From Verrucomicrobiales bacterium (GTDB lineage: Bacteria; Verrucomicrobiota; Verrucomicrobiia; Verrucomicrobiales; V1-33), in NCBI GenBank assembly GCA_031411295.1, contig JANOAV010000157.1, forward strand, positions 64,001 to 128,000: a DNA stretch of 64,000 nt, written 5' to 3'. The notes beneath the pieces were generated by a model that was given only the letters and a program-made list of their open reading frames with translations, was not told the origin of the DNA and did no database searches. The position numbers and the translations under genes are program-made. Positions 60,225 to 64,000 of this stretch are shown here, piece by piece (position 1 is the stretch's first letter; each line of letters starts with the position of its first letter).

Positions 60225-61055
60225 ATGAACACACGTTTTGCCCCCAGTCCCACTGGTCATCTTCACCTCGGCCATGCCTATGCGGCTTGGGTGGCGGAGC
60301 ATTTTGCGAGATCCCAGCACGGAAAATTTTATCTGCGTCTGGAGGATATCGACGGCCCACGGTGTCGGGCGGAATATGAGACCGCCCTGATGGAGGACCT
60401 GACTTGGCTTGGGATCACGTGGGATCAGCCAGTCTGGCGGCAGAGTGAGCGGCTACCGACTTACGAGGCCGCGCTGATCCAGCTTCAGCAGATGGAACTG
60501 CTCTACCCATGCTTCTGCACCCGTCAGGAAATTACCGCTGCAACCTCTGCTCCACAAGGACCGGAAGGACCGCTGTATCCGGGAACTTGTCGCCCACTGT
60601 CCGCCGCGCAGAGAGCTGATTTCCTAGCCTCCGGGAAACCATTCGCGTGGCGATTGGATACTGCCGCTGCGAGCCACCACACCGGCCCCCTAACGTGGGA
60701 TGACCTGCGCCACGGCCGCTTCACCGCTCAGCCGGAATTGCTGGGCGATGTGGTCCTGGCCCGGAAGGACATCGCCACGAGCTACCACCTGGCCGTCACC
60801 GTGGACGATGCAGCCCAGGAAATTTCCCTGGTGACCCGAGGCGATGATCTATTGCTGTCCACCCATGTCCACCGGCTACTCCAAGCCTTGCTGGGGTTGC
60901 CCGTGCCTCAATGGTATCATCATCAACTCATTTGCGACGAAACCGGGCGTCGGCTGGCCAAGCGCGACCACGCCCGCAGCCTGCGCAGCTTACGTCAGGC
61001 GGGCTGGACACCGGACCGCGTGAGGGCAGAATTCCCGAAACTAGCGCGTGGCTGA
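60225..61055 (+). CDS. gluQ: Glutamyl-Q tRNA(Asp) synthetase
   Basis: MNTRFAPSPTGHLHLGH; LRLEDID; YPCFCTR; YPGTCR; YHLAVTVDD; RLAKR. Short, with no anticodon-binding domain. Confidence 0.92.
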   Translation: MNTRFAPSPTGHLHLGHAYAAWVAEHFARSQHGKFYLRLEDIDGPRCRAEYETALMEDLTWLGITWDQPVWRQSERLPTYEAALIQLQQMELLYPCFCTRQEITAATSAPQGPEGPLYPGTCRPLSAAQRADFLASGKPFAWRLDTAAASHHTGPLTWDDLRHGRFTAQPELLGDVVLARKDIATSYHLAVTVDDAAQEISLVTRGDDLLLSTHVHRLLQALLGLPVPQWYHHQLICDETGRRLAKRDHARSLRSLRQAGWTPDRVRAEFPKLARG

Positions 61056-61160
61056 GGTGGCTCATTGGAACCAGTTCCATTCCTCGAAAAAGTGGAAATT
61101 TCACTTAGGAAACCACCCTCACAGCACGCAATATGGGCCTGATTGCAATTCACCAAGTCT

Positions 61161-64000
61161 ATGCGCACCTTAATTTTTCGCTTCCTGCTCTCCACGCTCT
61201 GCTGCTCCCATCCATTATGGGCGGCGGCCGAGGCCTTGCCCGCTGGCACCGTCGTGGCCTCGCTGGAGGTTCAGCCTGCCAGCATCGAGCTGAAGCGCCC
61301 CACCGACTATGCGCAACTCTTGGTAACCGCCAAGCTCAATACTGGTGCAGCCGCCGATGTGACCCGAATGGTCAGCATTTCCCCAACTGTAACTTTCCTG
61401 CAAATCAGCCCCCATGGTCTGCTGCGCGCCACCGGAGATGGGGAAACAATCCTCACCCTAACGCTCAACGACAAATCCGTGATCGTGCCCGTTACTGTTA
61501 GTGGATTCACCCAACCATTCAGCTCGGACTATGTGCGCGATGTGATGCCGGTGCTCTCCAAAGCGGGTTGCAATGCCGGCACGTGTCATGGCTCCAAGGA
61601 AGGCAGGGCTGGCTTCAAGCTCTCCCTGCGCGGGTATGATCCCATCTATGATGTCCGCGCCTTTACTGATGACGCCAAGGGCCGACGCACCAATCTGGCT
61701 TCGCCCGACGATAGCCTCATGCTCTTGAAAGCCACAGGGGCCGTGCCGCACGAAGGACAGCAAGTGATGACGCCCGAGAGCGATTACTATCGCGTGCTGC
61801 GAACGTGGATCGCGAACGGAGCGAAGCTAAACCTGGACACTCCCCGGGTTAGCAAAATTGAAATTTCGCCCACCAAGCCGGTGGTTCAGCAAATTGGAAC
61901 CAAGCAGCAAATGCGCGTGGTGGCGACTTACGCAGACGGTTTAGTCAAAGACGTGACTGCCGAGGCCTTCATCGACAGCGGCAACCCCGAAGTCCTGACG
62001 GCTGATAAGACTGGTCTCATGACCAGCGTGCGGCGGGGCGAGGCCGCCATCCTCGCCCGGTTCGAGGGAAACTACGCCTCCACCGTCCTGACAGTCATGG
62101 GGGATCGGACCGGCTTCGTGTGGAACTCCCCGCCGATCAACAATGAAATCGACCGTTTTGTAAGCACCAAGCTCCAGCGCATGCAGACCGCCCAGAGTGG
62201 ACTCTGCACCGATGAAGAGTTCGTGCGACGCATCTATCTCGATCTCACCGGGTTGCCACCGCTCCCAGAAGACATTCGCACATTCCTAGCCGACACGCGC
62301 GATTCCCGCTGGAAACGTGAAGCCTTGATAGATCAGCTCATCGGCTCTGAACCTTGGGTCGAACAATGGTCTAACAAGTGGGCGGACCTCCTGCAAGTAA
62401 ACAGTAAATTTCTCGGGGGTGAAGGAGCCAAGCTCTTCCGGGAATGGATTCGCAAGGAAGTGGCCGCCAACACGCCCTACGATGAGTTCGTCCGCAAAAT
62501 CATTACCGCCACGGGGTCGAATCGCGAGCAGCCACCCGCCTCCTATTTTAAGATCCTGCGCGAGCCCACGGAAATGATGGAGAACACGACCCATTTATTT
62601 CTCGCCACGCGCTTCAATTGCAACAAATGCCACGACCATCCCTTCGAACGCTGGACGCAGGATCAATACTATCAGATGACCGCCTACTTCGCCCAGGTAG
62701 GTTTGGAACGCGATCCCGAAAGTGGGGATCGCAACATTGGAGGCACCGCCGTGGAAGGGGCTAAGCCATTATTTGAAAAGGTCGTCGACAAACCCTCAGG
62801 CGACACCAAGCACGAACGCACGGGTGCCATCACGCCACCGAAGTTTCCCTATGCGGCCAAGTTTGTCAGCCTGCCCGCGCCCCCCGCCAAACCAGATGCC
62901 AAACCGGAGCCGAGCACGCGACGCGCTGAACTAGCCAATTGGATTACCAGCGCCGACAACCAATATTTCGCCAAGAGCTTCACCAACCGCATCTTCGGCT
63001 ACCTCACCGGAACCGGACTCATTGAGCCACTGGACGACATCCGCGCCGGCAATCCAGCCTCGAATCCAGAACTGCTCGACTGGCTGACCCAGCAATTTAT
63101 CGCCAGCAAATTCAACGTGCGGGAACTCATGCGCCTCGTCTGCCAAAGCCGCGTCTATCAGCTCTCCATGGTAACCAATCAGTGGAATGAAGACGATCAG
63201 GTCAACTACAGCCACGGCAAAGTGCGGCGTTTACCCTCAGAGACTTTATATGATGCCATCTACCGCGTAACCGGAGCCACCTCTAACATTCCTGGCGTGG
63301 CCCCCGGCACGCGCGCTGCCGCCCTGCAGGACAGTCAGACTAATCCCACCGACGGCTTCCTCGTAAACCTCGGTCGCCCCGTGCGGGAGAGCGCCTGCGA
63401 ATGTGAACGCAGTGCTGACCTCCAGATGGGTCCCATCATGGCCCTCATCAGTGGCCCATCCGTAGGCGATGCGATCAGCCAACCCGGCAATGCCATCGCC
63501 AAGCTGGAAACCGAACACAAAGATGATCTCAAGCTGGTGCAGGAAATCTTCCTGCGTTTCATCGGACGTTTCCCCACGGACGCCGAAGCGAAATCCTCTC
63601 TGGATGCGATGAACAGTCACGCCGCTGAAAACGCGCAATTAGTAAAAGTCCTTGAGGAATACCGGGCCTCCATTGCGCCCCAACGCGATGCCATGGCGCA
63701 GAAGCGGGAAGCAGACATCGCTCAGGCCCAGGCAACGCTAGCAGCCTATCAAAAAGAAATCGCCCCCCGGCAAGCCGCATCCGAGCAACAACACCAAACC
63801 GCAATCGCAGCGGCCGAACTGTCCGTGCAGGTGCGGGAAACCGCCTTGCAGGCCGAACTGCCAGAATGGGAGAAATCCCGCCAGGGTCAGACCGCGTGGA
63901 ATTTGCTGGATCCACTAACCATGACCTCCTCGAAACCAAAGGCCGTGCTAACTCGAGAGGCAGACCGCAGCATCTTCAGCAGTGGCGCAGAAGGCAAACA
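61161..64000 (+). CDS. Large DUF1549/DUF1553 protein with Ig-like (Big_2) domains and heme-like motifs; continues off the right edge
   Basis: Not in the ORF track; translated by hand from ATG 61161 (MRTLIFRFLLSTLCC...). DVMPVLSKAGCNAGTCHG; FKLSLRGYDP; FVRRIYLDLTGLPP; RFNCNKCHDHPFERW (62619); RESACECER. Confidence 0.9.
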   Translation, partial: MRTLIFRFLLSTLCCSHPLWAAAEALPAGTVVASLEVQPASIELKRPTDYAQLLVTAKLNTGAAADVTRMVSISPTVTFLQISPHGLLRATGDGETILTLTLNDKSVIVPVTVSGFTQPFSSDYVRDVMPVLSKAGCNAGTCHGSKEGRAGFKLSLRGYDPIYDVRAFTDDAKGRRTNLASPDDSLMLLKATGAVPHEGQQVMTPESDYYRVLRTWIANGAKLNLDTPRVSKIEISPTKPVVQQIGTKQQMRVVATYADGLVKDVTAEAFIDSGNPEVLTADKTGLMTSVRRGEAAILARFEGNYASTVLTVMGDRTGFVWNSPPINNEIDRFVSTKLQRMQTAQSGLCTDEEFVRRIYLDLTGLPPLPEDIRTFLADTRDSRWKREALIDQLIGSEPWVEQWSNKWADLLQVNSKFLGGEGAKLFREWIRKEVAANTPYDEFVRKIITATGSNREQPPASYFKILREPTEMMENTTHLFLATRFNCNKCHDHPFERWTQDQYYQMTAYFAQVGLERDPESGDRNIGGTAVEGAKPLFEKVVDKPSGDTKHERTGAITPPKFPYAAKFVSLPAPPAKPDAKPEPSTRRAELANWITSADNQYFAKSFTNRIFGYLTGTGLIEPLDDIRAGNPASNPELLDWLTQQFIASKFNVRELMRLVCQSRVYQLSMVTNQWNEDDQVNYSHGKVRRLPSETLYDAIYRVTGATSNIPGVAPGTRAAALQDSQTNPTDGFLVNLGRPVRESACECERSADLQMGPIMALISGPSVGDAISQPGNAIAKLETEHKDDLKLVQEIFLRFIGRFPTDAEAKSSLDAMNSHAAENAQLVKVLEEYRASIAPQRDAMAQKREADIAQAQATLAAYQKEIAPRQAASEQQHQTAIAAAELSVQVRETALQAELPEWEKSRQGQTAWNLLDPLTMTSSKPKAVLTREADRSIFSSGAEGK

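Noticed and set aside
61133..63939. Small ORFs at the right end
   Set aside because: Shadows of the single long DUF1549/1553 frame starting at 61161.

Overview
Bacterial window, most likely Verrucomicrobiota (PVC superphylum). This call rests on a PEP-CTERM protein, planctomycete-type cytochrome c DUF1549/DUF1553 genes, DUF1501, and a LEPR-xLL giant protein. The left 39 kb is a surface and export locus. A minus-strand operon encodes TolC, a small membrane-fusion protein (MFP), a GAF-MFP, a PqqD-like/M50 peptidase/MFP fusion, and an accessory SecA ATPase that is truncated by the window edge and missing from the ORF track. Divergent from it lie an ~6150-aa LEPRxLL-leader RTX/Calx-beta protein and two large Sec-signal surface proteins sharing a C-terminal domain. 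One of these two is a CotH-kinase-like gene split by a frameshift. The right part holds DUF1501 and DUF1549/1553 genes, a PEP-CTERM protein, radC, glnS, tRNA-Arg(ACG), and vapBC with a palindromic operator. It also has a detached nuoBC pair behind a perfect Rex-type box, carbohydrate and hydrolase genes, apbE, a TIGR03663-like membrane glycosyltransferase, gluQ, and a second DUF1549/1553 gene running off the right edge. The best candidate for a poorly understood system is the SecA/M50/T1SS-like exporter (no ABC transporter in the visible part) and its giant leader-bearing cargo. All domain calls come from motif recognition by eye; no searches were run.
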